DNA from: an uncultured Candidatus Woesearchaeota archaeon
GTDB lineage: Archaea; Nanobdellota; Nanobdellia; Woesearchaeales; UBA525
NCBI GenBank assembly: GCA_963724455.1
Contig: CAVRUV010000022.1
Coordinates: forward strand, 2,821 to 66,820
Length of the DNA: 64,000 nucleotides
Direction: 5' to 3'
Shown here: positions 1 through 8,752 of the stretch, in pieces
How the letters are laid out: the number at the start of each line of letters is the position of its first letter
Numbering within the stretch: the first letter of the stretch is position 1
Notes under the pieces: generated by a model
The model's database searches: none
Told to the model about the DNA's origin: nothing
The model's input: the letters and a program-made list of their open reading frames with translations, nothing else
Translations under genes and position numbers: made by a program

Positions 1-264
1 GGCATTGGCCATGCTGATAGTTCCTCTGTTGTTCTTGTTGCCTTTACGAAACTCGTCTTTTATGTTATAGCCAGGACCGCCGGTTCCATTGCCGCGAGGG
101 TCTCCGCCTTGTACCATGAAATCAGGAATTACTCTATGGAATGGTGTTCCATCGTAGAATCCTTTGCTTACTAGAGTCTCGAAGTTGCCTGCAGTAATTG
201 GTGTGTCGGCAAAGAGCTCGATTGTGATATCGCCTTTTGTTGTGTGTAAGAGTACGTTTGTCAT
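1..264 (-). CDS. Peptidyl-prolyl cis-trans isomerase, cyclophilin type (N-terminal 88 codons; C-terminus lies beyond the window edge)
   Basis: Not in the ORF track. Reverse-strand translation from ATG (264-262) reads [72 protein letters not shown]... The FHRVIPxFMxQGGDP block is the cyclophilin signature. Confidence 0.85.
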   Translation of the reverse strand, partial: MTNVLLHTTKGDITIELFADTPITAGNFETLVSKGFYDGTPFHRVIPDFMVQGGDPRGNGTGGPGYNIKDEFRKGNKNNRGTISMANA

Positions 265-390
265 GCTGTATAGAGTGGGTATTCATCTAAAAAGCTTGCG
301 GTAAGTCTATGAAGTATGTTGATATTGTGGTATATTGCCGTTGTAATATGTTGGTGTCCAGCATGAGCTGTGCAAAAGTTCTCTCGAAAA

Positions 391-401
391 ACCTTATAAA
401 C
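391..401 (+). promoter_or_regulatory. Putative archaeal BRE/TATA element (ACCTTATAAAC) about 25 nt upstream of the ATG at 423
   Basis: Matches a motif recurring in this window ((A/C)CTTTATAAAT) at similar distances upstream of several genes and of tRNA-Thr. Confidence 0.4.
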
Positions 402-422
402 TGCGAATAATAGTATTAACCC

Positions 423-1406
423 ATGTATGAATATATTTACGTAACTCTGCTAATGTTCGTAGGTCTTATTGCTCTAAGCAAGGGTTCAGACTGGCTTACT
501 GATAGTATTATTCCGCTAGCAAAAAAATTAGGAACATCTTATTCGGCAGTAGGCATCTTGCTTGTAAGTATCTTAGTTAGTCTGCCGGAAATACTTGTTG
601 CGCTTGTCGCAACTTGGTTGGGTCATCCAGTAATAGGACTTGGTGTTATATTTGGTAGTATCTTGTGCAATATTGGCATGATGGCCGGGCTTAATGGATT
701 CATCAAGCCATTGCATGTAGACCGTTCCATCATTGTACGCGATGGCGTGTTTAGTGTTGTTTTTGCAGTAGTAGTAATGGCGATATCATATGACGGAACA
801 ATTTCTCGTTTTGAAGGCGTTGCATTACTCTTATTGTTCATCCCCTATATTATCACAGTATGGGAAGATGAAAAACAAAAAAGCCAAGAGTCAAAAGAAA
901 AAGAGCTTGAAACAACAGTAATAGAACTCGACATGATTGGTTTGCAGTTTGGTAAAATGCGCGCAGGCATACTGACTTTTGTTCTCGGTGGAGCATTATT
1001 GCTTGTTGGTTCAGAATTATTCACCGAAAGCTTGACGAGAATCGCACAGTTCTCAGGAATATCTGATCTTGTCATCGGTCTTACTCTTGGTGCAATCGGT
1101 CCATCAATTCCTAACATAATTGCAGCATACAAAGCAGGACAGCGTGGCATGGATGGGGTAGTTATTAGTGAAACATTCGGAAGCAATATCTTTACACTCT
1201 TAGTAACACTAGGCATTCTCTCAATTGTAGCGCCTATTACTCTTGATCCGCAGTGGATTTCATTTGATATTCCTATCATGGTAGTAATGAGTTTTATGCT
1301 ATTGATATTCTTGATTACAAAACGACGCTTGAGCAAAATAGAAGGGGGTATACTTTTCTTCTCGTATATTGGAATATTAATCTTACAAGTATTGATGTAT
1401 AAATGA
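423..1406 (+). CDS. Na+/Ca2+ exchanger family (CaCA/YrbG-like) membrane protein
   Basis: Polytopic hydrophobic protein with two alpha-repeat-like motifs (VSLPEILVAL; GPSIPNIIAA...GSNIFTLLVTLG) separated by a charged loop, the typical CaCA layout. Confidence 0.8.
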   Translation: MYEYIYVTLLMFVGLIALSKGSDWLTDSIIPLAKKLGTSYSAVGILLVSILVSLPEILVALVATWLGHPVIGLGVIFGSILCNIGMMAGLNGFIKPLHVDRSIIVRDGVFSVVFAVVVMAISYDGTISRFEGVALLLLFIPYIITVWEDEKQKSQESKEKELETTVIELDMIGLQFGKMRAGILTFVLGGALLLVGSELFTESLTRIAQFSGISDLVIGLTLGAIGPSIPNIIAAYKAGQRGMDGVVISETFGSNIFTLLVTLGILSIVAPITLDPQWISFDIPIMVVMSFMLLIFLITKRRLSKIEGGILFFSYIGILILQVLMYK

Positions 1407-1449
1407 ATTATTCATGCCTGAATTCATTAGAACTTTATTGGCGCTAAAA

Positions 1450-1857
1450 TTACTTTTGCATTTTACATGCTTTTTTGTATGATTTTTTATCATTATATTT
1501 TATGAATTCTTTATGATGTTTTGGTTCAACATATCCTTTTTCTTGTTTGTGTTTAATTCCACACCAGAATTTTTCTGTTCGAGCAGCTATTGCACCTGAA
1601 TATTGCAATACTCCATTTGCATATTCGCAATACCAACAAAATATTTTATCGTACCATACTAAATGCGGTAATTTATACCGGTCCATTTTTACATAATCCT
1701 TTCTTTTTATGCACTCCAAGCCGTAGAGGGGAAAACAGGTTCTGTGGTACAGTTCTATGCATATGTCTAAGAGTACTATAGGAACTATCATGAACCAAAT
1801 AATAGGCGCAGCTATTGCGTGCCTAATGGCGCGTCCAGTATGCTTTTTGTACTCCAT
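1450..1857 (-). CDS. Hypothetical membrane protein with Cys/His-rich C-terminal part
   Basis: The ORF track gives 1450..1935 from a TTG. The first ATG (MEYKKHTGRAIRH...) is at 1857. One TM segment (PIIWFMIVPIVLLDICI) then CWYCEYANG...WCGIKH. No family recognised. Confidence 0.5.
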   Translation of the reverse strand: MEYKKHTGRAIRHAIAAPIIWFMIVPIVLLDICIELYHRTCFPLYGLECIKRKDYVKMDRYKLPHLVWYDKIFCWYCEYANGVLQYSGAIAARTEKFWCGIKHKQEKGYVEPKHHKEFIKYNDKKSYKKACKMQK

Positions 1858-1936
1858 ACTTTTAGATTTTTGGGTTTGTTTAAATATTTTTTTGTTAGAT
1901 GAAAGAAAGGTTAGTTGGAAATCTACTAAGAACAAT

Positions 1937-1951
1937 ACGCCGACACTCGGA
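1937..1951. repeat. Distal 15-nt copy (ACGCCGACACTCGGA) of the tRNA-Ser 3' end
   Basis: Exact 15-mer also at 2601-2615, 2687-2701 and 2772-2786; the last is the genuine tRNA-Ser acceptor/T-arm. With the 2601 copy it brackets the hydrolase gene 1960..2526. Confidence 0.7.
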
Positions 1952-1959
1952 AATTGGTG

Positions 1960-2526
1960 TTATTCATTTAAGATTGGTTTCAATTTTTCAAGAAGTAAAC
2001 TAAATTCTGTGTAACCTGCTTTTTTATTGAAATGTCCTGCATTTGGAACAAAATTCAGTGTCACATTTAGATTCTTTGCAAGTTCTTCGCCATTGCCAAG
2101 ATAAACATAGGGATCATTATCAGATTGAAATACTAAAAAATGTTTAGATTTTTTTGTTATAGAGTTCCAGTCAAAAGAAAATCCACTAAAACTATTATCT
2201 CTATCATAATTCAAAATAGGACGAACGCCAATAGGCGTGCCTACAAAAATAGCCGCTTTTACAAAATGTTCTAAATTTTCCAATATGCGAAGAGTAAATA
2301 CTCCGCCTAGACTATGGCCAATAAGTAAGGTATCTTTGTTTATGTGTTGTTCATACTCTTTTAGTACATCAAACCAATCTGTTACTTTTGCAGGAATTAT
2401 TGGTGGTGAAGGAAACTGTGGCACATAAACTTTATAGCCTAATTTTTCTAATTCCATTTTTAACCAAGGAAACCAGTTTTCTTCGGGATATCCCTCAGTT
2501 CCATGAAATATGAACGCGTTCTTCAT
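1960..2526 (-). CDS. Alpha/beta serine hydrolase, YdeN/RBBP9-like
   Basis: MKNAFIFHGTEGYPEENWFPWLK..., nucleophile elbow GHSLGG, C-terminal GHF. The start is more likely the ATG at 2526 than the track start at 2568. Confidence 0.7.
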   Translation of the reverse strand: MKNAFIFHGTEGYPEENWFPWLKMELEKLGYKVYVPQFPSPPIIPAKVTDWFDVLKEYEQHINKDTLLIGHSLGGVFTLRILENLEHFVKAAIFVGTPIGVRPILNYDRDNSFSGFSFDWNSITKKSKHFLVFQSDNDPYVYLGNGEELAKNLNVTLNFVPNAGHFNKKAGYTEFSLLLEKLKPILNE

Positions 2527-2600
2527 ATAAGTAAATATGACATCATATCTTAAAAATCTTCCGTTCAATCGCTAAATTTCAAATTTGAACTAAACATTAA

Positions 2601-2771
2601 ACGCCGACACTCGGATTTGTTGCGTCACTTAACGTTCCTAACAAATCCGAGGGGAGGTACAGAATAAAATCTATGATTTTATGATGACGCCGACACTCGG
2701 ATTTGTTGCGTCATTGCTATTCCTAACAACTCCGAGTGTCGACACAGAATACCATCTACGATGGTATGATG
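2601..2771 (-). repeat. Two tandem ~86-nt tRNA-Ser-derived units (A 2601-2686, B 2687-2771) immediately 3' of tRNA-Ser
   Basis: Each unit starts (plus strand) with ACGCCGACACTCGGATTTGTTGCGTCA, a 27-nt identity. Long hairpins: A 2610-2621/2640-2651 (12 bp); B 2691-2707/2725-2741 (17 bp, 1 mismatch). Small covarying hairpins: AAAATC-TAT-GATTTT (2666-2680) versus ACCATC-TAC-GATGGT (2751-2765). Confidence 0.75.
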
Positions 2772-2772
2772 A

Positions 2773-2887
2773 CGCCGACACTCGGATTTGAACCGAGAAT
2801 CCTTTCGGAGCAGTTACCTCGGGATGCCTCTTTTGAATGTCTCAGAGGTTTCGAGACTGCCGCAATACCGGGTTATGCGATGTCGGC
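2773..2887 (-). tRNA. tRNA-Ser(CGA) with a ~34-nt intron in the anticodon loop
   Basis: Acceptor GCCGACA/TGTCGGC, discriminator G. Anticodon stem GCAGT/ACTGC flanks CTCGAA + insert + A. Long variable arm TCCGAAAGGATT (class II). T-arm CTCGG-TTCAAAT-CCGAG. No encoded CCA. Confidence 0.8.
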
Positions 2888-2980
2888 AATTAAACCCTTT
2901 CAAAAAAAGATAAAAATGAGGACGACAACTTTTCATGAACCTGGTATTCATGTTTGTGTCGGTGCTGAAAAAAATAAGAG

Positions 2981-3055
2981 TGAGGGTGGGGTGATTTGAA
3001 CTCCCGACCTCAAGATTATGAGTCTTGCGCTCTAACCAGGCTGAGCTACACCCTC
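2981..3055 (-). tRNA. tRNA with CAU anticodon (elongator Met or Ile2)
   Basis: Acceptor GAGGGTG/CACCCTC, D-arm GCTC-AGCCTGGTTA-GAGC, anticodon arm CAAGA-CTCATAA-TCTTG, T-loop TTCAAAT. A G1:C72 pair argues against initiator. One A-A mismatch in the T stem in my fold. Confidence 0.8.
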
Positions 3056-3162
3056 TCAATTGCGTTCGCGGGTTACATTGTCCTCTTTGAGGTCAACGTA
3101 CACCCTCTTTGTTTGTATGACTATTGGGTTTTCTGGGGGTTTTTAAAGATAGCGACGAAAAC

Positions 3163-3576
3163 TCACTGTATGTTCTTGATGATTTGTTGACGAAGAATTT
3201 CTAGTTGCTCTTGACTCATAGGTGTATGTGATTCAAAGAATTTGTATGCGTCGTTTATTTTTCTAGGGATGAGATGGAAATGTGTGTGAAATACTGCTTG
3301 TCCGGCGGCAACTCCATTATTGTGTGTGAGATTAAACCCATCGGCTTTTATGGTGTATATTACTGCACTAGCAACTCTTTGCGTGAACTCAATAAATTCA
3401 TTGCCAAGATATTCTGGCATATCAAGAACTGATGTCGAATGTTTTTTTGGAATAATTAATGTGTGTCCAATAACAGATGGTTGTATGTCTAAAAAAGCGA
3501 TGAAATTAGTTGATTCAGCAATCTTATACGCGTGAATATCTCCGGATACAATTTTACAAAAAATGCAGTCAGTCAT
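3163..3576 (-). CDS. HIT-family (histidine triad) nucleotide hydrolase
   Basis: CIFCKI N-terminus and histidine triad HTHFHLIP near the C-terminus. Confidence 0.85.
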   Translation of the reverse strand: MTDCIFCKIVSGDIHAYKIAESTNFIAFLDIQPSVIGHTLIIPKKHSTSVLDMPEYLGNEFIEFTQRVASAVIYTIKADGFNLTHNNGVAAGQAVFHTHFHLIPRKINDAYKFFESHTPMSQEQLEILRQQIIKNIQ

Positions 3577-3617
3577 AATGTCGCTTCAATATTCATATTT
3601 TTTGATGGTGGGTTATA

Positions 3618-4418
3618 TTAATTATTGTTTCTGTTAAATTCATTCAGCCACGTTAGCATTGTATCTGCTAGTTCTTTTATCTTTGAAGGTTTTTTAGTGT
3701 ATTCTGCATATACATTAAAACAATGGTCTGCATCTTCAATTTTTACCAACTGTTTTGGGGATTTTGCTAAAGAAAACATCTCTTCTGAGCGTTCAAATGG
3801 CAACACATCATCATCTGAACCATGAATGAATATTATTGGGCAACTTAATTTTTTTATCGCATCTAATGTTGAATATATTTTCATATCATCCAAAAACTGT
3901 CGTCCTAAAGTATCAAGTTTTCCTTCTTTTGACCAATTAACTACCTCGGTCTTTCCGGTTTTTTCAAAGTCTTCGTGTTGTGTTGGAGAGAATTCTATTG
4001 TGATATCTTTTTTCAAATCTCCTTCCCCAGAAATAGAAATCACACCTGCTATTGCATGATGTTCTGCTGCGTATAATACTGCTATTGCCGCACCAAAACT
4101 ATGTCCTACTAAAATAATCTTATCAGGAGAATAAGTTTGCTGAATATATTGTACGATGCATTCCAAATCCTCTAATTCTCTTGTTATTGAAGAATCAAAG
4201 AATGAACCTCCACTATCTCCTTGTCCTCGAAAGTCAAATCGGCACACGAGATATTTTTTAGATAAGATATCTGAAAGTGGATCTGAAAACGGACCAAAAC
4301 CATTTCCGGTAAATCCATGGCATAAAATTAGCGCTATCTTACTGTTATTAGAATTCTGCACTCTAACTTTTAGTTTTGAGCCATCAATACTTGGAATTGT
4401 TGTATTATTCATCGTCAT
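3618..4418 (-). CDS. Alpha/beta hydrolase (BAAT/dienelactone-hydrolase-like)
   Basis: HGFTGNG, nucleophile elbow GHSFGA, later HGSDDDV and DADH. Track ORF 3618..4526 trimmed because its first 36 codons read through tRNA-Ala; the ATG at 4418 is used. Confidence 0.75.
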   Translation of the reverse strand: MTMNNTTIPSIDGSKLKVRVQNSNNSKIALILCHGFTGNGFGPFSDPLSDILSKKYLVCRFDFRGQGDSGGSFFDSSITRELEDLECIVQYIQQTYSPDKIILVGHSFGAAIAVLYAAEHHAIAGVISISGEGDLKKDITIEFSPTQHEDFEKTGKTEVVNWSKEGKLDTLGRQFLDDMKIYSTLDAIKKLSCPIIFIHGSDDDVLPFERSEEMFSLAKSPKQLVKIEDADHCFNVYAEYTKKPSKIKELADTMLTWLNEFNRNNN

Positions 4419-4473
4419 GGACGTGCCAGCTTCAACACTATCGTTTTTGAGCCGCACGTCATAATTATATCGA

Positions 4474-4547
4474 TGGACGTGCCGGGATTTGAACCCGGAG
4501 CCTCTGCCTTGCGAAGGCAGCGTCATACCGGATTAGACCACACGCCC
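4474..4547 (-). tRNA. tRNA-Ala(CGC)
   Basis: Acceptor GGGCGTG/CACGTCC with G3:U70, anticodon arm CTGCC-TTCGCAA-GGCAG, T-arm CCGGG-TTCAAAT-CCCGG, discriminator A. Confidence 0.85.
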
Positions 4548-4611
4548 GTATTTGTAAATATTGGTATATTTTAAGGCGCGAGAGTTGTTTTATAAAAGTT
4601 GTGTCGAAAAT

Positions 4612-5541
4612 TTAACCAGTTTGTTTGTAAATTTGTGGTCCAGTTGGTTGCTCTTCTTGTGCGAGCGGTTTTTTCTGCGCTTTTGTTAAATGCAAGGTTG
4701 CGAGTAGTGCTTCGCGCATTTTGGTCGCGTACTCATCAGTATGATTGATGGCACGTAGCACCACGTCATAACTGCTCGCAAGATTTTGTAATCGCGCTCT
4801 TTGTTGATTATTTTTTAGATATTCTGGTGCGTTATCTAGAAGCTTTTCTTCGAGATCGCCAATCATGAATTTTCCAAGCAAGGTTCCATCGTGTACGCCG
4901 GAGTATGTCGTCCATAATGGGACACCATGACGCATCGCAAGTGTTCCCATGCTACTGTGCCCGTTTTTTGGCGGTGGTGCTAGTACTAGCCAGGCATCGA
5001 CGCCACTTGCGAGTATGCTAGCATTGCTAGTGTCAAGTGGTACATATCTTATGTTTAGATATTTTGTAGCGGTTGCATAGTTTCGTAACATCTGAAGTCT
5101 CTTTTCTGCTTCAAAATCTATTGGTTGCACTGATCCTGCAATGATGATATGCATGCCACTAATTCCTTCTTTAAACTTGCCGAAGTGCACTTCATTTTTT
5201 TGAACTATGGTGTTTATGATGTAGCGTAGATGTTGTGCATATTCGCTATCAATTGGTCCTTGGCCAATGCCTATTGTAGGTAAGTCAGGATCGAGTTCAA
5301 AACCACTCGTTTCTTTTACGAGATCTACGAGATTTTGCCTTGCTTCGCGATGATATTTTTTAAGATCTTGTGCTGGTGTATGTAGAATTCGTCTAGGAGT
5401 GTTATGTGTTTTGCGGAATTCTTGTGCATTTAGTGTTAACGCAAGTTTAGAGCCTGGAATGATAGAAAAGTTTGTAAGATTCTCTTGTATATTACTATCC
5501 CTTATCTCTGTTGTTAGCGTAATTCCACCACTGTTAACCAC
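4612..5541 (-). CDS. Hypothetical protein (weak GT-B C-terminal-like motif only)
   Basis: Long clean ORF. Only a faint ...SSMGTLAMRHGVP... similarity to glycosyltransferase GT-B C-domains; not enough to name. Confidence 0.45.
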   Translation of the reverse strand: MVNSGGITLTTEIRDSNIQENLTNFSIIPGSKLALTLNAQEFRKTHNTPRRILHTPAQDLKKYHREARQNLVDLVKETSGFELDPDLPTIGIGQGPIDSEYAQHLRYIINTIVQKNEVHFGKFKEGISGMHIIIAGSVQPIDFEAEKRLQMLRNYATATKYLNIRYVPLDTSNASILASGVDAWLVLAPPPKNGHSSMGTLAMRHGVPLWTTYSGVHDGTLLGKFMIGDLEEKLLDNAPEYLKNNQQRARLQNLASSYDVVLRAINHTDEYATKMREALLATLHLTKAQKKPLAQEEQPTGPQIYKQTG

Positions 5542-5672
5542 TAAATTAATTCTAATATTATTTTTAAGGTTTATAAATATGACGAATTCGTTATTTTGAT
5601 AGTTTTGAACATTGTCTAAGAACTTTGTTGAGATAAATAATTGAAAAAATTAAAAAAAGAATAATAAAAGTC

Positions 5673-5903
5673 TTACTTTTTCTTAGACTTTGTTTCTGGG
5701 GTGCTGCAGCAATTTGCCTGCTTGCACATTGGGCATGCGCTAGAAGCAATTGCGCTAAGTCCTACTAAGATGAATGCTAATGTCCACCAATTTAATCCCC
5801 AATAGTTCCATACTTTCAGGTCTTGCAGTAAAAATGCTATGCCTATTATTAGGACAAGCAATCCCATTGATTTCGAACATTTATTACATAACATACATAT
5901 CAC
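5673..5903 (-). CDS. Small two-TM protein with N- and C-terminal Cys clusters
   Basis: The track ORF is hydrophobic with a CPMCKQANCC tail. My manual reading of the T-run near 5880 did not reconcile with the first 7 codons of the track translation, so the true start may be the internal Met (MGLLVL...). Confidence 0.4.
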   Translation of the reverse strand: MICMLCNKCSKSMGLLVLIIGIAFLLQDLKVWNYWGLNWWTLAFILVGLSAIASSACPMCKQANCCSTPETKSKKK

Positions 5904-6035
5904 CTATGTTGTTGATGCTCTTTCCTTCAATTTAGAATATATTAAGGTATGGAATTATAATTGTAAAGATGTGAACGCTATTGGTTCTATTGCTAAAAAA
6001 GCATCCTTATAAGTGAAAACATTTTTTCAAATATT

Positions 6036-6728
6036 ATGTCTGAATTTATAGCATCAAAAACTGAACTCCCAATTGACGCTAACTATGAAGTTATAGCAGA
6101 AACAGATGAATTTTTGCTAATTAACAAATCAGGGAATATTCCTGTTCATGAAGGCGGTAGGTACCAGGAAAACTCTCTTACAAAAGTTCTTGAAAAAAAG
6201 CACGCTAAAGTAACTCCTGTATATCGTTTAGATCGTGAAACATCAGGTTTAGTTTTATTTGCTAAGAAAAACGAATATGTAAAAAAGTTGTTTGATAATT
6301 GTGGGGATAAAGAATATGTAGCAATCGTGCAGGGCATTATTGATGCGCCGATTATAATAGATGCACCAATCGGCGAGTGCAAAGGAGAACATGTTACTTG
6401 GAAAAAATGTGTATCTGAAGATGGAAAAAATGCAATTACTCAAGTTTATCCTATAAAATCTTTTGAGGATAAGACTCTTATCAGACTAATTTTAAAAACT
6501 GGCAGGCAACATCAAATAAGAGTGCATTTATCGTCAATTGCACATCCAATACTTCATGATAAGATTTATGGCGAATCAGAAGAAAAATTTATCAAATACT
6601 TGAACGGTGAAGTTCTTCCAAGGCAATTGCTCCACATGAGAAAACTTCGAGTTTATGATAAATTCTATGAAGCAAAGATTCCTGATGACTTTGGATTAGA
6701 TGGGGATGAATATAACTTACGGAACTAA
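6036..6728 (+). CDS. Pseudouridine synthase, RluA family
   Basis: Catalytic motif YRLDRETSGLVLFAK and GRQHQIRVHL. Confidence 0.85.
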   Translation: MSEFIASKTELPIDANYEVIAETDEFLLINKSGNIPVHEGGRYQENSLTKVLEKKHAKVTPVYRLDRETSGLVLFAKKNEYVKKLFDNCGDKEYVAIVQGIIDAPIIIDAPIGECKGEHVTWKKCVSEDGKNAITQVYPIKSFEDKTLIRLILKTGRQHQIRVHLSSIAHPILHDKIYGESEEKFIKYLNGEVLPRQLLHMRKLRVYDKFYEAKIPDDFGLDGDEYNLRN

Positions 6729-6817
6729 AACTAATTATTGTTATTTTTTTTATTAGAAAATCACTGAACTGTGGCGGGGAACTAGATTACACTGACTATC
6801 TGTATTAAATGATTAAA

Positions 6818-6889
6818 TGGACGCTGCGGGAATCGAACACGCTGCCTCTTGATTGCCAACCAAGCGCTCTACCAATGAGCTAAGCGCCC
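6818..6889 (-). tRNA. tRNA-Ala(GGC)
   Basis: Acceptor GGGCGCT/AGCGTCC with G3:U70, D-arm GCTC-ATTGGTA-GAGC, anticodon loop TTGGCAA, T-loop TTCGATT. One U-C mismatch in the T stem in my fold. Confidence 0.75.
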
Positions 6890-6943
6890 CTAGTTCTAAG
6901 AACACAAGAGCATCTTTTAAAGCTTTACTTTGAATTATACTTC

Positions 6944-8668
6944 CTATTTTTTCTCGTACACTAATAGAACATACGGAATGAATAATGCGATGATTGCTAT
7001 GATGCTCACGAGCAGCATTATGATAAAACCTGTGTCATGTATTAATACATCATTTCCTGCTGGTGTAAATCCATCAATGCTTCCTGGTGCATAACGCCAT
7101 CGTAAATTGTGCATATAAAAATTATTAGTCATATATGCATCGCGAACAATTTCTGCAGGAAGTCCTGCTTGTACAACAAGAACTTCATACTTTTCTTCTG
7201 AATTGCTGCTACTGAATGTTCTTATCGGGGGTGATGAGATTTGTTTTCGAAGATATGTATCCATATCTTTCATTCCAGAATTTGTTTTTCCAGCGCCCCA
7301 ACCACAATCGCCATTAGCGCAGCTCACATAATAAATTTTTGTTACAGCAATATTTTTTGATTCATTGTATACTTGCAACATTTTAAAGAAATCATAATTC
7401 TCAACCATTGTTCTATCATTTCCGAGCCAAAGCGCAAAATTATTGTAAATGCTAGCGTCCATGATTACTAATGCATCTTGCGGCACTTCATTATGGATGT
7501 ATGTTCTTAGATCTGAACGCGCAGATGGTTGCAGATAATCATGGTATAACCCTAGTTGTATGCAAAGCAAAACTATTAGCGCAATGATTATTGTTGTATG
7601 CAATAATTCTTTTTCCATTGCTTGACGATATATTTTTACAATGGCATAGCCTGCAATTATCGACATTAGTACAATCGCGCTTACATAATGCTTTAGTGTG
7701 CCTGTTGAAAGTGCAATGACGAGAAATTGAATGCCGAATACTGCTATGATTAATTCAAAGTATTTCATTTTTCTTGCAAAGTATATTCCAACTAAGAATA
7801 ATGCAAGCAAGATAAAATCATAACGTAGTAATTGACTTAAAAAATTCCACGTGTAAGGAAGTAAGTGTGATAATTTGATTACTGGGCCAGCAAGTCCTTC
7901 ATATGCAGTGCCTGTGAGTCCGCCGTTTAGGAATTCGGTTACAAGAATATCATATATGCCGACATATTTATTCAAGAGATAATTGTATATGATGATTGGT
8001 ATTACCGGAATGATGCTTGCAAGAGCGACAAGTCCTAGTTTTAGAGTGGTGCTTTTTTTGAAATAAGTCAGTTTTTTACGATGTAAAATCAGGAATACGA
8101 TATACACTGGAATTATTAGTACTGCAGTTGTTTTTATTGCAACAGCTATGCTTGCAAGGAAAAATGCGCTTGTAAGATACCACATGCTCGCTTTTACATT
8201 CGCATATTTGAATGCAAGTACAAAACAGTACAGTGAGAATAATACGAAGAATGTCATTGCGAGATTCATCTCTGTTGTTTGTTGCAATGCGAAATTAGAT
8301 AGTGTGAATAATCCTGCTGCAACAAAACCAACTGTTTTATCGTAGAATTGTGCGCAGAATAAGAAGATGAGCATGACTATGCCGAGGCTTGCAAGTATTG
8401 GAAGTAATCGTAATGCAAAATCTGTTGTTCCAAATATGTTGTACGCAATATCGGTTATATAGAACCAAATGGGTGCTTGATCGACAGTGGATATAGATTG
8501 GTGCTTGATAATGTCGATTGCGCGTACTGAATACACTCCTTCATCAGCAGTCATTTGATAGTTAAGCGCAAACAATACTCTGAGGATGATGCAAATAGCA
8601 AGGATTATTCCTAATACTAACCAGTCTTTTTTTGTTAATTGCATATGCTCCCCAAATAAACTTAACAA
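6944..8668 (-). CDS. GT-C type membrane glycosyltransferase (ArnT/PMT, GT39/83-like)
   Basis: About 12 TM segments, an early-loop ADEGVYS motif and a C-terminal soluble domain. Sits in a glycosylation cluster with a Dpm1-like GT2. An alternative start is at 8644 (MQLTKKDW). Confidence 0.6.
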   Translation of the reverse strand: MLSLFGEHMQLTKKDWLVLGIILAICIILRVLFALNYQMTADEGVYSVRAIDIIKHQSISTVDQAPIWFYITDIAYNIFGTTDFALRLLPILASLGIVMLIFLFCAQFYDKTVGFVAAGLFTLSNFALQQTTEMNLAMTFFVLFSLYCFVLAFKYANVKASMWYLTSAFFLASIAVAIKTTAVLIIPVYIVFLILHRKKLTYFKKSTTLKLGLVALASIIPVIPIIIYNYLLNKYVGIYDILVTEFLNGGLTGTAYEGLAGPVIKLSHLLPYTWNFLSQLLRYDFILLALFLVGIYFARKMKYFELIIAVFGIQFLVIALSTGTLKHYVSAIVLMSIIAGYAIVKIYRQAMEKELLHTTIIIALIVLLCIQLGLYHDYLQPSARSDLRTYIHNEVPQDALVIMDASIYNNFALWLGNDRTMVENYDFFKMLQVYNESKNIAVTKIYYVSCANGDCGWGAGKTNSGMKDMDTYLRKQISSPPIRTFSSSNSEEKYEVLVVQAGLPAEIVRDAYMTNNFYMHNLRWRYAPGSIDGFTPAGNDVLIHDTGFIIMLLVSIIAIIALFIPYVLLVYEKK

Positions 8669-8752
8669 CTATTTCAATAATTAATTACTCAATAACTAAT
8701 TACTATATTATTCTTATATTTTTTTATTTTCTGTCTTTTTATTTTATATTAT

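Noticed and set aside
2736-3190. Track ORFs 2736..2999 (+), 2814..3059 (-) and 2996..3190 (+)
   Set aside because: They run through tRNA-Ser, tRNA-CAU and the tRNA-derived repeats. The tRNA folds explain the sequence.
4419-4526. N-terminal 36 codons of track ORF 3618..4526
   Set aside because: These codons translate the tRNA-Ala(CGC) gene body (…GRGSGFKSRH…). The CDS was trimmed to the ATG at 4418.
2981-6889. Single mismatches in the T stems of tRNA-CAU (A-A) and tRNA-Ala(GGC) (U-C) as signs of pseudogenisation
   Set aside because: All other arms, the identity elements (G3:U70) and the loops are intact. One mismatch is tolerable and could also be a hand-folding or reading error. tRNAscan-SE scores should decide.
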